55,277 nucleotides of DNA from Candidatus Neomicrothrix sp. UBA672 (GTDB taxonomy: Bacteria; Actinomycetota; Acidimicrobiia; Acidimicrobiales; MedAcidi-G1): assembly GCA_002299135.1 (NCBI GenBank), contig DBNM01000122.1:1-55277 (forward strand), written 5' to 3'. The position numbers and the translations under genes are program-made. The notes below the pieces were generated by a model. The model was not told where the DNA came from and did not search any database. It saw nothing but the letters and a program-made list of their open reading frames with translations. How positions within the stretch are numbered: position 1 is the stretch's first letter; the number at the start of each line of letters is the position of its first letter. Shown one piece after another: positions 6,940 through 16,365 of the stretch.

Positions 6940-9889
6940 AGACGCTCCACCACCGCGACCAAGAGTTCTACCGCGTCGCGGTCGAAGAGGTTCAGCAGGG
7001 CGTTTTAGGTTAATTATTTTTGGAGTAATTGCAGTTGGGCTTTTTCTCCTCATGTCTTTAAGAGGACTAGCCGGTTTTTATACCGATTTCTTGTGGTTCG
7101 ATTCGCTTGGCCAAGGTGATGTATTCAAAGCAGTTATAGGAGCACAGGTAGTTCTCGTATTACTCTTTATGTTCTTATTTTTTCTAATTCTTTTTGGGAA
7201 CTTAACAGTCGCTCAGCGTTTAGCACCAAGAATAAGACCAGCTGGCCCAGAAGAAGACCTAATTGTTCATTACCACACTTTTATAGGTAAAAGAGACAGA
7301 CTTGTTCGCATCCTTTTTTCAGCCTTTTTTGCACTGATAGCCGGATTAAGAGTCTCTGATAAATGGCAGGACTGGCTTTTGTTCACAAACAGGGAAGATG
7401 TCGGAGTAACTGATGCCCAGTTTGATAAAGATATAGGTTTCTATATCTTTCAATTGCCTTTCTTCAACTTCGTGGTTGATTGGGTGTTTGGAACCCTTTT
7501 AGTAACAATTATTTTTACGTCCATAACCCACTATCTAAACGGTGGTATCAGGTTTCAAACTACAGGGGAGAGAGTTAGACCTCAAGTCAAAGCGCATTTA
7601 TCTGTACTACTTGCAGTCATAGCTTTAGTTCGAGCGGCAAACTATTGGTTAGCTCGATATGAGTTGACTACATCTGACAGAGGAGCGGTTGACGGTGCCA
7701 CTTATACAGACGTAAAAGCTCAGCTTCCTGCAACGAATTTATTAATTCTCATCTCTTTATTAGCAGTAATTCTTTTGGTCGTTAACATTCGTAGACGAGG
7801 ATGGGTCTTACCTACACTTGCAGTCGGCTTATGGGCTTTCGTAGCAGTGGTGGTGGGGAGTATCTATCCAGCAGTCATACAAAATTTTCGTGTCGAACCC
7901 GCAGAATCAGAAAAGGAAGCTCCTTATATAGAAAGAAATATTTTCGCTACAAGAGAAGCTTACGGATTGGCTGAAATTGATGAAGTTCAATTAACAGATT
8001 TTGATAACAGCATTACTGCAAATGATTTAAAAAATAATTCAGCGACAGTTAGAAATATAAGAATTTTGGATCCACTGATTGTTCAAGCGACTTTCGACCG
8101 TCTGCAGGGCGAAAGAGAGTTTTATCGATTCTCCGATGTTTTAGATACTGATCGGTATGAAGTAAATGGGGAAACAACTCAGGTACTACTTGGAGCAAGA
8201 GAACTTAATTTAAATGAAACTCGTTCATGGGAAAATCAGCATGTTGCATTTACTCACGGTTATGGGCTTGCATTAGCACCAGTTTCAAGAGTTAAAGGTT
8301 CTGGGGATCCCGATTTCTTGATAGGAGACTTACCAGTATCAATTGACGAATCAATGGACTTAACCCTCGATAGGCCTCAAATCTATGTGGGCGAAAATCT
8401 AGGTGGATATGCGGTTTTAGGAGCGAGTCGAAATGAGGTTGATTACACCGACGAAAATCAACAAACGCTCGCAGTTCGATATGAAGAATTAGGTGGCGAT
8501 GGCGGAGTCGGTATGGGATCTTTATTCCGCAGAGTTGCTTTTGCTCTTAGATTCGGCCAACTAGAGCCTCTTATCTCAAATTTTGTAACAGAAGATTCCA
8601 AAGTAATGTTCGTTCGCGATGTGCGAGAAAGAGTTGAAAAACTTGCACCCTTCTTGCATTTTGATGCTGATCCTTATCCGATATTAGAAAATGGACGCAT
8701 TATTTATATGATCGATGGTTACACCACAACAGATCGTTATCCGTATGCCCAAAATGCACCTGTAGCAGAACTTCCACGAAAGAGCGGATTACGCCATAAT
8801 TTTAATTATGTAAGAAATTCAGTTAAAGCAACAGTCGATGCTTTCACAGGGGAAGTAATTTTCTATGTTGTTGACCAACAAGATCCACTAATAAACGCTT
8901 ACCAAAGAGCATTCGAAGGTTTATTTAACCCAATGGATGAGATGCCCGCCTCTTTACTCGAACATGTACGTTATCCAGAAGATTTATTCCGAGTTCAAAC
9001 AGAACTTTGGGGTAAATATCATGTTGATGACACAGAGAATTTTTACCAAAGAGCTGCGGAATGGGCAGTTTCTCAAGACCCAGGTAGAACTGGAGAAGGT
9101 GCTGCAAATCTAGCGATTGTGAATGAACAGGGCATCCGAATTGGCAGCAGGGATATGCGAATGTCCCCGTACAGAACAATCGTGGAACTACCCGATTCTG
9201 ATAAAGCTGAGTATGTAGTTCTGAGAGCTTTCGTTCCCTTAGATGATGAAGATACACGTAAAGAACTTGCAGCATTTATAGTCGGGCGAAGCGATAAAGA
9301 TAATTACGGCAAATTGGCTGTATACAGACCGCCTTCATCAAACTTCGACGGACCGGCTCTAGCGGAGGAAAGAATTCGTAACGATGAAGAAGTAGCTAGT
9401 CTTCAAACCTTATTAAGCCAACGAGGTTCAACTGTATTGTTTGGAGAACTTTTATTAGTACCTATAGAAGACTCAATACTGTATGTCCGTCCTTTATACG
9501 TGCAAGCTGAAGGTGACAGCACAGTTCCAGAACTGGTACAGGTAATTGTCGCTGTAGGTGAAGACGTAGTGATGGCTGATTCTTTACAAGACGCACTTGA
9601 AACTCTTACAAATTCTTCTCTATCGGAACTATTTGAAGGAATAGGTTCAGGAAAATCTTCCAAAGTAGAAATTAATGAAGAAGAGGATGAACCTCAGACG
9701 GAGTCTGTCTCAACGATTGAATTATCAGACATTTCTGAAAATGTGGCAACAATTATTGCTGAAATTGACCGCTTACAAAAAGCCTCAGCTACAGCTTTGG
9801 CAAACGACCCTGCAGACTGGGAGGAGTTTGGACGGCTACAAGCGCAAATTCAAGAGCTTGTTAATGCTCTAGCACTCGAGGCTTCTTGA
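6929..9889 (+). CDS. UPF0182 family membrane protein
   Basis: YTDFLWFDSLG, DAQFDKDIGFYIFQLPF, FTHGYG, NYVRNSVKATVDAFTG, HVRYPEDLF and LYVRPLYVQA motifs. Confidence 0.95.
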   Translation: MQPEDAPPPRPRVLPRRGRRGSAGRFRLIIFGVIAVGLFLLMSLRGLAGFYTDFLWFDSLGQGDVFKAVIGAQVVLVLLFMFLFFLILFGNLTVAQRLAPRIRPAGPEEDLIVHYHTFIGKRDRLVRILFSAFFALIAGLRVSDKWQDWLLFTNREDVGVTDAQFDKDIGFYIFQLPFFNFVVDWVFGTLLVTIIFTSITHYLNGGIRFQTTGERVRPQVKAHLSVLLAVIALVRAANYWLARYELTTSDRGAVDGATYTDVKAQLPATNLLILISLLAVILLVVNIRRRGWVLPTLAVGLWAFVAVVVGSIYPAVIQNFRVEPAESEKEAPYIERNIFATREAYGLAEIDEVQLTDFDNSITANDLKNNSATVRNIRILDPLIVQATFDRLQGEREFYRFSDVLDTDRYEVNGETTQVLLGARELNLNETRSWENQHVAFTHGYGLALAPVSRVKGSGDPDFLIGDLPVSIDESMDLTLDRPQIYVGENLGGYAVLGASRNEVDYTDENQQTLAVRYEELGGDGGVGMGSLFRRVAFALRFGQLEPLISNFVTEDSKVMFVRDVRERVEKLAPFLHFDADPYPILENGRIIYMIDGYTTTDRYPYAQNAPVAELPRKSGLRHNFNYVRNSVKATVDAFTGEVIFYVVDQQDPLINAYQRAFEGLFNPMDEMPASLLEHVRYPEDLFRVQTELWGKYHVDDTENFYQRAAEWAVSQDPGRTGEGAANLAIVNEQGIRIGSRDMRMSPYRTIVELPDSDKAEYVVLRAFVPLDDEDTRKELAAFIVGRSDKDNYGKLAVYRPPSSNFDGPALAEERIRNDEEVASLQTLLSQRGSTVLFGELLLVPIEDSILYVRPLYVQAEGDSTVPELVQVIVAVGEDVVMADSLQDALETLTNSSLSELFEGIGSGKSSKVEINEEEDEPQTESVSTIELSDISENVATIIAEIDRLQKASATALANDPADWEEFGRLQAQIQELVNALALEAS

Positions 9890-9897
9890 TCGCAGAG

Positions 9898-10314
9898 TCA
9901 ACTTAGTGGCTGCCAGCCACCAGTTTTTTTGTTATTTTGTTTTCTCACTGGTGAATCTGATGCAAGGTCACTAAAAGCCTCGTCACCATCGAGAGATGGG
10001 GACATTGTTTCTTCTTCAAAGTCCATTCCAGCGTCACTACTGAGAACAGAAATTTTACCTCTTAGCTCTACAGTCAAACGAGAAAGTTCAGCTGACAGTC
10101 GAGCAACATGAAGTTGAGTTTCGAGTATCGCGTCTTCATCCGCTGAAGAAGTAGTAGTTCCGAGGACATTGAAATTTTGTTCCAGTGATGAAACTCGTTC
10201 TTCTAGATCGCGAATGCCGTTTACCAAATCAAGTAAAACTTGACTTGTGTCATCTGGAATTTCAAATTTTGAACTCTCAGAAGAAGCTTTAAATCTTTTT
10301 GATTTTTTTCCCAC
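9898..10314 (-). CDS. Hypothetical coiled-coil protein
   Basis: Heptad-like segments (IRDLEERVSSLEQ, VARLSAELSRLTVEL). Start placed at GTG 10314 because TACGAT-N6 precedes it. Confidence 0.7.
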   Translation of the reverse strand: MGKKSKRFKASSESSKFEIPDDTSQVLLDLVNGIRDLEERVSSLEQNFNVLGTTTSSADEDAILETQLHVARLSAELSRLTVELRGKISVLSSDAGMDFEEETMSPSLDGDEAFSDLASDSPVRKQNNKKTGGWQPLS

Positions 10315-10429
10315 AGTTAAATCGTAGTACCTACTAAGACACATAAGTTTCTTGTTAACTCGAAAACATTAAAAGGTTATGAGCTTGCTTATTTGTCGGA
10401 TTGCTTTTTCACCTCTACGGTAATTAGGA

Positions 10430-11176
10430 ATGACAATTGATGATTATGAAAACGTTGTAGTAACAGGAGCCTCAAGTGGTATAGGGGAAGCTGTTGCTAG
10501 AAGCCTTAGTCAAGCAGGGCTTACTGTTCATGCAATTGCGCGTCGAACAGAGCGTTTAGAAAAGCTCGCTGAAAACACAAATTGCACAGTACATACGATG
10601 GATGTTTGCGACTCTGAAGAATTTGTCGATTTACTGGGAACACTTGAAGCTGATATTTTGATTAATAACGCTGGTGTAGGAAGAGGTTATGGAAATTTAG
10701 TTGAGGCACATTTTGACGATATTGAAAAAACAATCGATACGAATGTAAAAGCAGCTATTTATGCAGTAAGAGCAGTTCTACCTGGCATGGTTCAACGTAA
10801 TAGTGGGCATATCATAAATATTGGTTCGATGGCTGGCCTATACCCTTTGGCCTCGTCGCTTTACGGTGCTACTAAAGGAGCCATGCACGTGTTATCGATG
10901 GACTTACGTTTAGAACTTCAAGGGACCGGCGTTAGAGTAACCGAAATTTGCCCTGGACGAGTGAGCACAGAGTTTTATGATGCTGCATTAGATGACCCAG
11001 AGGTAATTGAAAGCAAAAAGAATTCTGGAATAGAAGAAGTAACGAGTGAAGATATTTCTCAAGCAGTCATTTATGCCTTAAACGCTTCTCAACATGTCAA
11101 TATTAATCGAATTGAGCTCCAACCAACAGAACAAACTTATGGTGGAATGCAATTCACTCCTAGGTTTTCAAAATGA
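10430..11176 (+). CDS. SDR oxidoreductase, YdfG-like NADP-dependent type
   Basis: TGASSGIG, ARR, NNAG, YGATK, EICPG and HVNINRIELQP motifs. Confidence 0.9.
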   Translation: MTIDDYENVVVTGASSGIGEAVARSLSQAGLTVHAIARRTERLEKLAENTNCTVHTMDVCDSEEFVDLLGTLEADILINNAGVGRGYGNLVEAHFDDIEKTIDTNVKAAIYAVRAVLPGMVQRNSGHIINIGSMAGLYPLASSLYGATKGAMHVLSMDLRLELQGTGVRVTEICPGRVSTEFYDAALDDPEVIESKKNSGIEEVTSEDISQAVIYALNASQHVNINRIELQPTEQTYGGMQFTPRFSK

Positions 11177-11919
11177 GTTTCGCGGGGAAAGTCGCAGTTG
11201 TAACTGGGGGTTCGTCTGGAATGGGAGCTGCGACCGTAAAAGCTCTAGCTTCAGCTGGAGCGCAAGTTAATTTGATTGATATTGACAGAAACGGAGCTGA
11301 GGTAATAGCTCAAGAGACAGGTTCGGAAGTTTTCATAGGAGACGTTTCAAATTCAGAATTTTGTGATCTAACAATCAATTCCATTGTCGACGATCAAGGC
11401 CAGATCGACATATTAGTAAACGCTGCTGGAATCATTTTGCGTGCAGATGCTTTAGAGACAAATGATGATAACTGGAAAAGAATTATGGCTGTCAATGTAG
11501 ATGGAGTCTTCTTTATGTGTCGTTCAGCTCTTCGACACATGGTTAATGCAAACTCCGGTGTCATAGTAAATTTTGGGTCTATATGGGGTGATGTCGCTAC
11601 ATCAGGGGCGGCCGCATATTGCATAACAAAAGGAGCGGTTCATCAATTAACAAAGGCTTTGGCACTTGAGCATGCTGAAAATGGAATCAGAGTAAATGCG
11701 GTAGCGCCAGGGGAAGTAAATACACCAATGATCAAATCTGGTAGAGACAAACCTCCGACAGCTGATGAACTTCAAGATTTAGCTAACAGGACAATCCCGA
11801 TTAAGCGAATAGCAGAACCGCAAGAAATAGCTGAAGTGGTCCTTTTTTTAGCTTCGGAAAGATCCAGTTATATGACTGGATCTATAGTCCCAGTTGATGC
11901 TGGCTATACAGCAAGATAA
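11173..11919 (+). CDS. SDR oxidoreductase, classical NAD-type
   Basis: TGGSSGMG, acidic DID, YCITK, IRVNAVAPG and SYMTGSIVPVDAG motifs; ATGA overlap with the upstream SDR. Confidence 0.9.
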   Translation: MSFAGKVAVVTGGSSGMGAATVKALASAGAQVNLIDIDRNGAEVIAQETGSEVFIGDVSNSEFCDLTINSIVDDQGQIDILVNAAGIILRADALETNDDNWKRIMAVNVDGVFFMCRSALRHMVNANSGVIVNFGSIWGDVATSGAAAYCITKGAVHQLTKALALEHAENGIRVNAVAPGEVNTPMIKSGRDKPPTADELQDLANRTIPIKRIAEPQEIAEVVLFLASERSSYMTGSIVPVDAGYTAR

Positions 11920-11960
11920 GTTCTGGTTGGCTCAACGGTCACCTCGCGATACTCTAACGA

Positions 11961-12034
<74 letters not shown>

Positions 12035-12073
12035 CTACAGAAACATCAAAAGTTAGTTTCTCTGGAGTCACCC

Positions 12074-12607
12074 TTGAAAGACGAAAATACTGATACTTAT
12101 GTAGATAACTATGAAGACGTATCAGTTTTTTCTCTTGATTCAGGACGGGAACAATTGCTTCACAGCAAACAAACCGAATGCGTTTTCATGTGGACCAATT
12201 CATCTGGCGATCCGATAGGAGTCGTTATGAATTATGTAGAAAAAGATGGAAGTTTTTGGCTTACTTGCACCCGACGTAGAAAACGAGTAGCTGCTCTTGA
12301 ACAAAGACCAAGAGCTTCAATCGCAGTGTCAAGCAGAGGAACAGATATCGGAATGTCTCAAGCTGTCACATACAGAGGAAACGTTAAGATTTACGACGAT
12401 CAGGTCACTAGCGACTGGTTTTATAGAGCTTTAGCAGAAAAAGTAAGACCTGATAGCAGAAGTCAACAGGATGCTTTTGTCGAACATTTAGATACACCTG
12501 GTCGAGTAGTCATTGAACTAATTCCCGATCCGGATGGTCGAATTGGATTTGATTCAGAACAAATGTTTGCAAATAGTCCCGCAGGTAGGTCTTCTCATAA
12601 CAGCTAG
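12074..12607 (+). CDS. Pyridoxamine 5'-phosphate oxidase-like split-barrel flavin/deazaflavin oxidoreductase
   Basis: ECVFMWTNSSGDPIGVVMNY, FWLTCTRRRKRVAALEQRPRASIAV and RVVIELIP. Start set at TTG 12074 (GGAG 6 nt upstream), because the ORF-track start lies inside the tRNA. Confidence 0.8.
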   Translation: MKDENTDTYVDNYEDVSVFSLDSGREQLLHSKQTECVFMWTNSSGDPIGVVMNYVEKDGSFWLTCTRRRKRVAALEQRPRASIAVSSRGTDIGMSQAVTYRGNVKIYDDQVTSDWFYRALAEKVRPDSRSQQDAFVEHLDTPGRVVIELIPDPDGRIGFDSEQMFANSPAGRSSHNS

Positions 12608-13107
12608 TCGGAAATTTGACCGTAAATAGGGTCACTTTCATCTCGCGTTCCAGCAATAAATTTATTAGGCATTTTTTCGTCAATTGTTTCGATTTTTGTC
12701 CAATCGGATCTTAGAAAACGTTTCGATATACGCCATCCATCGTTTAGATTTTGGAAGTAATCTATGTATCTCCCGCTAAAAGTCCACAACTTCTCAGGAC
12801 TGTCTTCATCCGCTGGTTGAACGTGATAGGCAAGAATGTAAGACTCGGCGATTGCTCCGTTGTCATTGAAATCTATTTTTGTGTTCGACAGGCGATGTTG
12901 AGTAGAGGAATATCTTTTTCTTAATCTCTCAACAACCGGAAGAGCAAAATCTTCAATCGGTACAAATGCGTCAACCTGATACCCCTCTAATAAAGCACCA
13001 GGGTGGAAAGCGGCGAGAATTGCATCAGGGTCCAGTCTGTCTATCCCACGGGTGTAGGAAAGAAGACAGTCCATTATTTGTTTTTCTGCGTCTTTATGAT
13101 CACTCAT
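12604..13107 (-). CDS. NTF2/SnoaL-like family protein
   Basis: YTRGIDRLD, AFHPGA, TQHRLSN, AESY, GRYID and WRISKR pattern of SnoaL_4 proteins. Confidence 0.85.
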   Translation of the reverse strand: MSDHKDAEKQIMDCLLSYTRGIDRLDPDAILAAFHPGALLEGYQVDAFVPIEDFALPVVERLRKRYSSTQHRLSNTKIDFNDNGAIAESYILAYHVQPADEDSPEKLWTFSGRYIDYFQNLNDGWRISKRFLRSDWTKIETIDEKMPNKFIAGTRDESDPIYGQISD

Positions 13108-13114
13108 TATTTCC

Positions 13115-13588
13115 TCAATTCTTTAATCTAATTGGACTATTTGGATCAAGTACTTCTTGGAGTTCAATAACATTCCCATCCGGATCACGTCCATATGTGG
13201 CCCTGATTTTTCCGCCTCCTAGCTGGTCACTTTTAGGAGGAGGGGTATGAAATTTGATTCCCGCATTTAAAAGCCTTTGATACTCGGCGTCTATATCAAC
13301 CACGTCAAAACACATATGAGTGTAACCGTGGTCACAAACAGGTCGATTTGGATCTCCCAGAGCAGGTTCCGGAGCAGAGTATTCGAAAATTTCTATATGA
13401 GTGTTATGAGCTCTAAGCATTACAGAACGTGCTGCAGAGTCTTTTAGACCGACGATTTGGTCAATCACCTCTCTCTTGTCCCATGAAGTTTCATATACAA
13501 TTTCGAAACCAAGGACGTCTTTGTAGAAATCAACCAACCTATTTAGATCAGGTGTTGATATAGCAACATGGTGAATTCCGTTTATCAT
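13115..13588 (-). CDS. VOC/glyoxalase family protein
   Basis: IHHVAISTPDL...FYKDVLGF, IEIFEY, HMCFDVVD and YGRDPDGNVIELQE. ATG at 13588 follows AGGAG. Confidence 0.9.
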   Translation of the reverse strand: MINGIHHVAISTPDLNRLVDFYKDVLGFEIVYETSWDKREVIDQIVGLKDSAARSVMLRAHNTHIEIFEYSAPEPALGDPNRPVCDHGYTHMCFDVVDIDAEYQRLLNAGIKFHTPPPKSDQLGGGKIRATYGRDPDGNVIELQEVLDPNSPIRLKN

Positions 13589-13678
13589 GACACTCCTATT
13601 TTTATTTGTAACAATTTTGTTTTTCAAAATTCTTTGTGAGAATATTTACTCGGACTTTGATTGAGAGGTAATTAAGCC

Positions 13679-14815
13679 ATGTCAAGCACAGTAATCGGTA
13701 TCCCTACAGAGATAAAAACCGATGAGAGGCGTGTTTCATTGACACCAATGGCGGTTGGAGAGATTACAAACAACGGCAGTCAAGTTGTTGTCCAATCCGG
13801 TGCTGGAGAAGGAGCAGGCTTTGACAATAACCAATATGAAAAAGCCGGAGCCAAAATAGTTGAAACGGCAGAAGATGTCTTTAAAGAGTCAAAACTCATT
13901 GTGAAAGTCAAAGAACCACAAGAGAATGAATGTAAATTATTAACACCTGAACATACGCTATTCACTTACCTTCATTTAGCAGCTGACAAGAAACAGACAG
14001 ACGATCTAATGTCATCGAATTCAACTTGTATAGCATTTGAAACAGTTACGGATGATCAAGGCTCTTTACCTCTCTTAACCCCTATGTCAGCAATAGCTGG
14101 GAGGATGTCAATACAAGCTGGTGCCCACTGTCTAGAGGCAAGACAAGGAGGCACTGGTGTTTTACTTGCAGGTGCACCTGGAGCAGAACCAGGAAGAGTG
14201 GTTGTGCTTGGTTGTGGAGTAGTTGGAAGCAATGCTGTTGAAATCGCAGTCGGAATGGGTGCAGAAGTAATAGTTCTAGACAGGAATCAAAAAATTCTTG
14301 ATGTTATTGATGAAAAATATTCCGGAAAAGTAAAAACTATTTTTTCAAATGAAAGCGATCTTGTATCAGAGGTTTTGAAGGCTGATCTGACAATCGGAGC
14401 AGTTCTATTACCAGGTGCTAAAGCCCCAAAATTGGTAAATAAAGAGATGGTTTCTGAAATGAAGCCGGGGTCTGTGATTGTCGACGTGGCAATAGACCAA
14501 GGTGGGTGCGTAGAGACCGCGCATCCAACGACTCATTCAGATCCGACCTTCGTAATCGATGAAGTAGTTCATTATTGTGTCGCAAATATGCCTGGCGCAG
14601 TGCCTCGAACAGCAACAATTTCTCTTACGAATACAATTCTTCCTTACGTCCTTACTTTGGCGAATGAGGGCGTTAAAGAGGCGCTAATTTCAAATTCAAA
14701 TTTTATGAATGGTTTAAATATTTGCGCTGGAAAAATTTGTGAACCAGCAGTAGCAGAAGTCCATAATTTGGATTATGTGGATCCGACAGAAGCGCTTTCT
14801 TTGTCTTTGAACTAG
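13679..14815 (+). CDS. ald: Alanine dehydrogenase
   Basis: IGIPTEIK..ERRV, VKVKEP, FTYLHLAA, PMSAIAGR, DVAIDQGGC and HYCVANMPGAVPRT motifs. Confidence 0.96.
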   Translation: MSSTVIGIPTEIKTDERRVSLTPMAVGEITNNGSQVVVQSGAGEGAGFDNNQYEKAGAKIVETAEDVFKESKLIVKVKEPQENECKLLTPEHTLFTYLHLAADKKQTDDLMSSNSTCIAFETVTDDQGSLPLLTPMSAIAGRMSIQAGAHCLEARQGGTGVLLAGAPGAEPGRVVVLGCGVVGSNAVEIAVGMGAEVIVLDRNQKILDVIDEKYSGKVKTIFSNESDLVSEVLKADLTIGAVLLPGAKAPKLVNKEMVSEMKPGSVIVDVAIDQGGCVETAHPTTHSDPTFVIDEVVHYCVANMPGAVPRTATISLTNTILPYVLTLANEGVKEALISNSNFMNGLNICAGKICEPAVAEVHNLDYVDPTEALSLSLN

Positions 14816-16365
14816 TTCCCAGAAGGCAGATGTATAGGGAACATTTCTCGTATAAGAGAGTCTGAATCGGCTGAAATGTGTGTTGGTGCCGGTCCATCTA
14901 GTATCTCTTTAACTACTTTGTTAGCACGTTGGCGAACGTCTAAAGAACCCGCATCTTTCCAATCATCAGGACTCAGACGATCACCAACAAGCGGATAGAC
15001 ATACTCGGTTTGCATCACATCGAGAGTCTGGGCATGACCTAAAAAGTGTCCAGGTCCGTTAATAACGTCTTTTATGACTTCAATAGCAACAGACTCGTCG
15101 TTAACTTCAATACCACGTACTGTTCGGGCTATTGAACCAAGCATGTCATTGTCAATCACTAATGCTTCTAACGAACAAGCCAGCAAAGAAGCGAGCATTC
15201 CAGCTGATTCAAAGACTATGTTTGCTCCTGCCTGAGCGGCGAGCGTTACCGTGGTTCCTTTTTCATGACCTGCTTGGTTGTCTGGCAATTTTGAATCTGC
15301 CATTCCGGCTGCAACACCGGAAGGAAGACCGATCCAATTAACAAGTTGAGCCGCTGCAGCATTAAGTATTGCTTCTTCACCTGAACCTCCTGACATCGCT
15401 CCTGTTCGCAGATCGGAGACAAAAGGCCACATGCCCATAGTGCATGGGTGTCCGGGAGACATTAAATTCACACAAGTTAAGGCTGCGAGACATTCTGTAA
15501 GTGCTTGTGTCAATGAGCCTGCAAGTGTTGCTGGGGAAGTAGCACCGGCCTGTCCGGCTGAAAGCAAATTTATAGGCATTCCAACACGAACCTGTTCAGC
15601 CATGCAAAGAGTTGACTCCTCAGCAAATCTTAATGGCGGAACAACGAACGTATTGTTGGCGATACAAAAAGGACGTTTACGGAATTCATCAGAATCAGGA
15701 TTTCCAGTAAGAGCAATATTGAACATTTTGGACATGTCGTGAACATGATCTGGATGAAAAAAAGATGTGCCAATTGGTTTGGTCGTGCTGCTCATCGCAG
15801 CATACGCAGTGTTGAAATCTAAATCTTTAGAAGATTCCATATCACGTGCCACGACAGTTCTAACGTACATATGGATGTTGTCTGATTTGTCAATGATTCT
15901 GCCAATGTTAAAAATATCTTTGAGTTGACTGTCTCTGAAAGTAGATGTTTCATGATCGAGTATTAGAACAGCAGCGCCACCAGTCGAAAAATGAACTCGA
16001 TCACCTCCTATTTCAAGATTGTATTTTTCATCAAAACCGAAAAGTGTGAATTCTTTAGCTGCTACATCTATCATCGAGCGAACTAGCTCCTTAGGGAACA
16101 AAAGACGTTCTTCAGAAGTAAAGGTTCCTCCATTACTAGTTACTAGATCAATGAATTCAGGAATTGCTTGTGCCATTCCCACTTCTTCAAGCAGTTCAAG
16201 AGCGGAATCAAAAATTTTTTCCATCTGTGAGACACTTAACGGCTGAAATGAACCACCGGGTAAACCGGGTTTAACAGCTCTAGATTCCGGTGGTGGTGGT
16301 GCTGAACGTTTAGCTATTCGAGCACTACGCCCGCCAGCTCTTTTTGCGGGAGTTTCTTCGTTCAT
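14812..16365 (-). CDS. Trimethylamine methyltransferase (MttB) family, non-pyrrolysine, MtgB-like
   Basis: AGATSPATLAG, SDLRTGAMSGGSGE, GMADSKLPDNQAGHEK (Met where methanogen MttB has Pyl) and GPGHFLG motifs. Confidence 0.92.
   Translation of the reverse strand: MNEETPAKRAGGRSARIAKRSAPPPPESRAVKPGLPGGSFQPLSVSQMEKIFDSALELLEEVGMAQAIPEFIDLVTSNGGTFTSEERLLFPKELVRSMIDVAAKEFTLFGFDEKYNLEIGGDRVHFSTGGAAVLILDHETSTFRDSQLKDIFNIGRIIDKSDNIHMYVRTVVARDMESSKDLDFNTAYAAMSSTTKPIGTSFFHPDHVHDMSKMFNIALTGNPDSDEFRKRPFCIANNTFVVPPLRFAEESTLCMAEQVRVGMPINLLSAGQAGATSPATLAGSLTQALTECLAALTCVNLMSPGHPCTMGMWPFVSDLRTGAMSGGSGEEAILNAAAAQLVNWIGLPSGVAAGMADSKLPDNQAGHEKGTTVTLAAQAGANIVFESAGMLASLLACSLEALVIDNDMLGSIARTVRGIEVNDESVAIEVIKDVINGPGHFLGHAQTLDVMQTEYVYPLVGDRLSPDDWKDAGSLDVRQRANKVVKEILDGPAPTHISADSDSLIREMFPIHLPSGN

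Noticed and set aside
16289-16300. (GGT)4 microsatellite
   Set aside because: It simply encodes a poly-Pro stretch in the MttB N-terminus.
14812-16365. Pyrrolysine recoding in the MttB-family gene
   Set aside because: The ORF is uninterrupted and the Pyl-equivalent position is Met.
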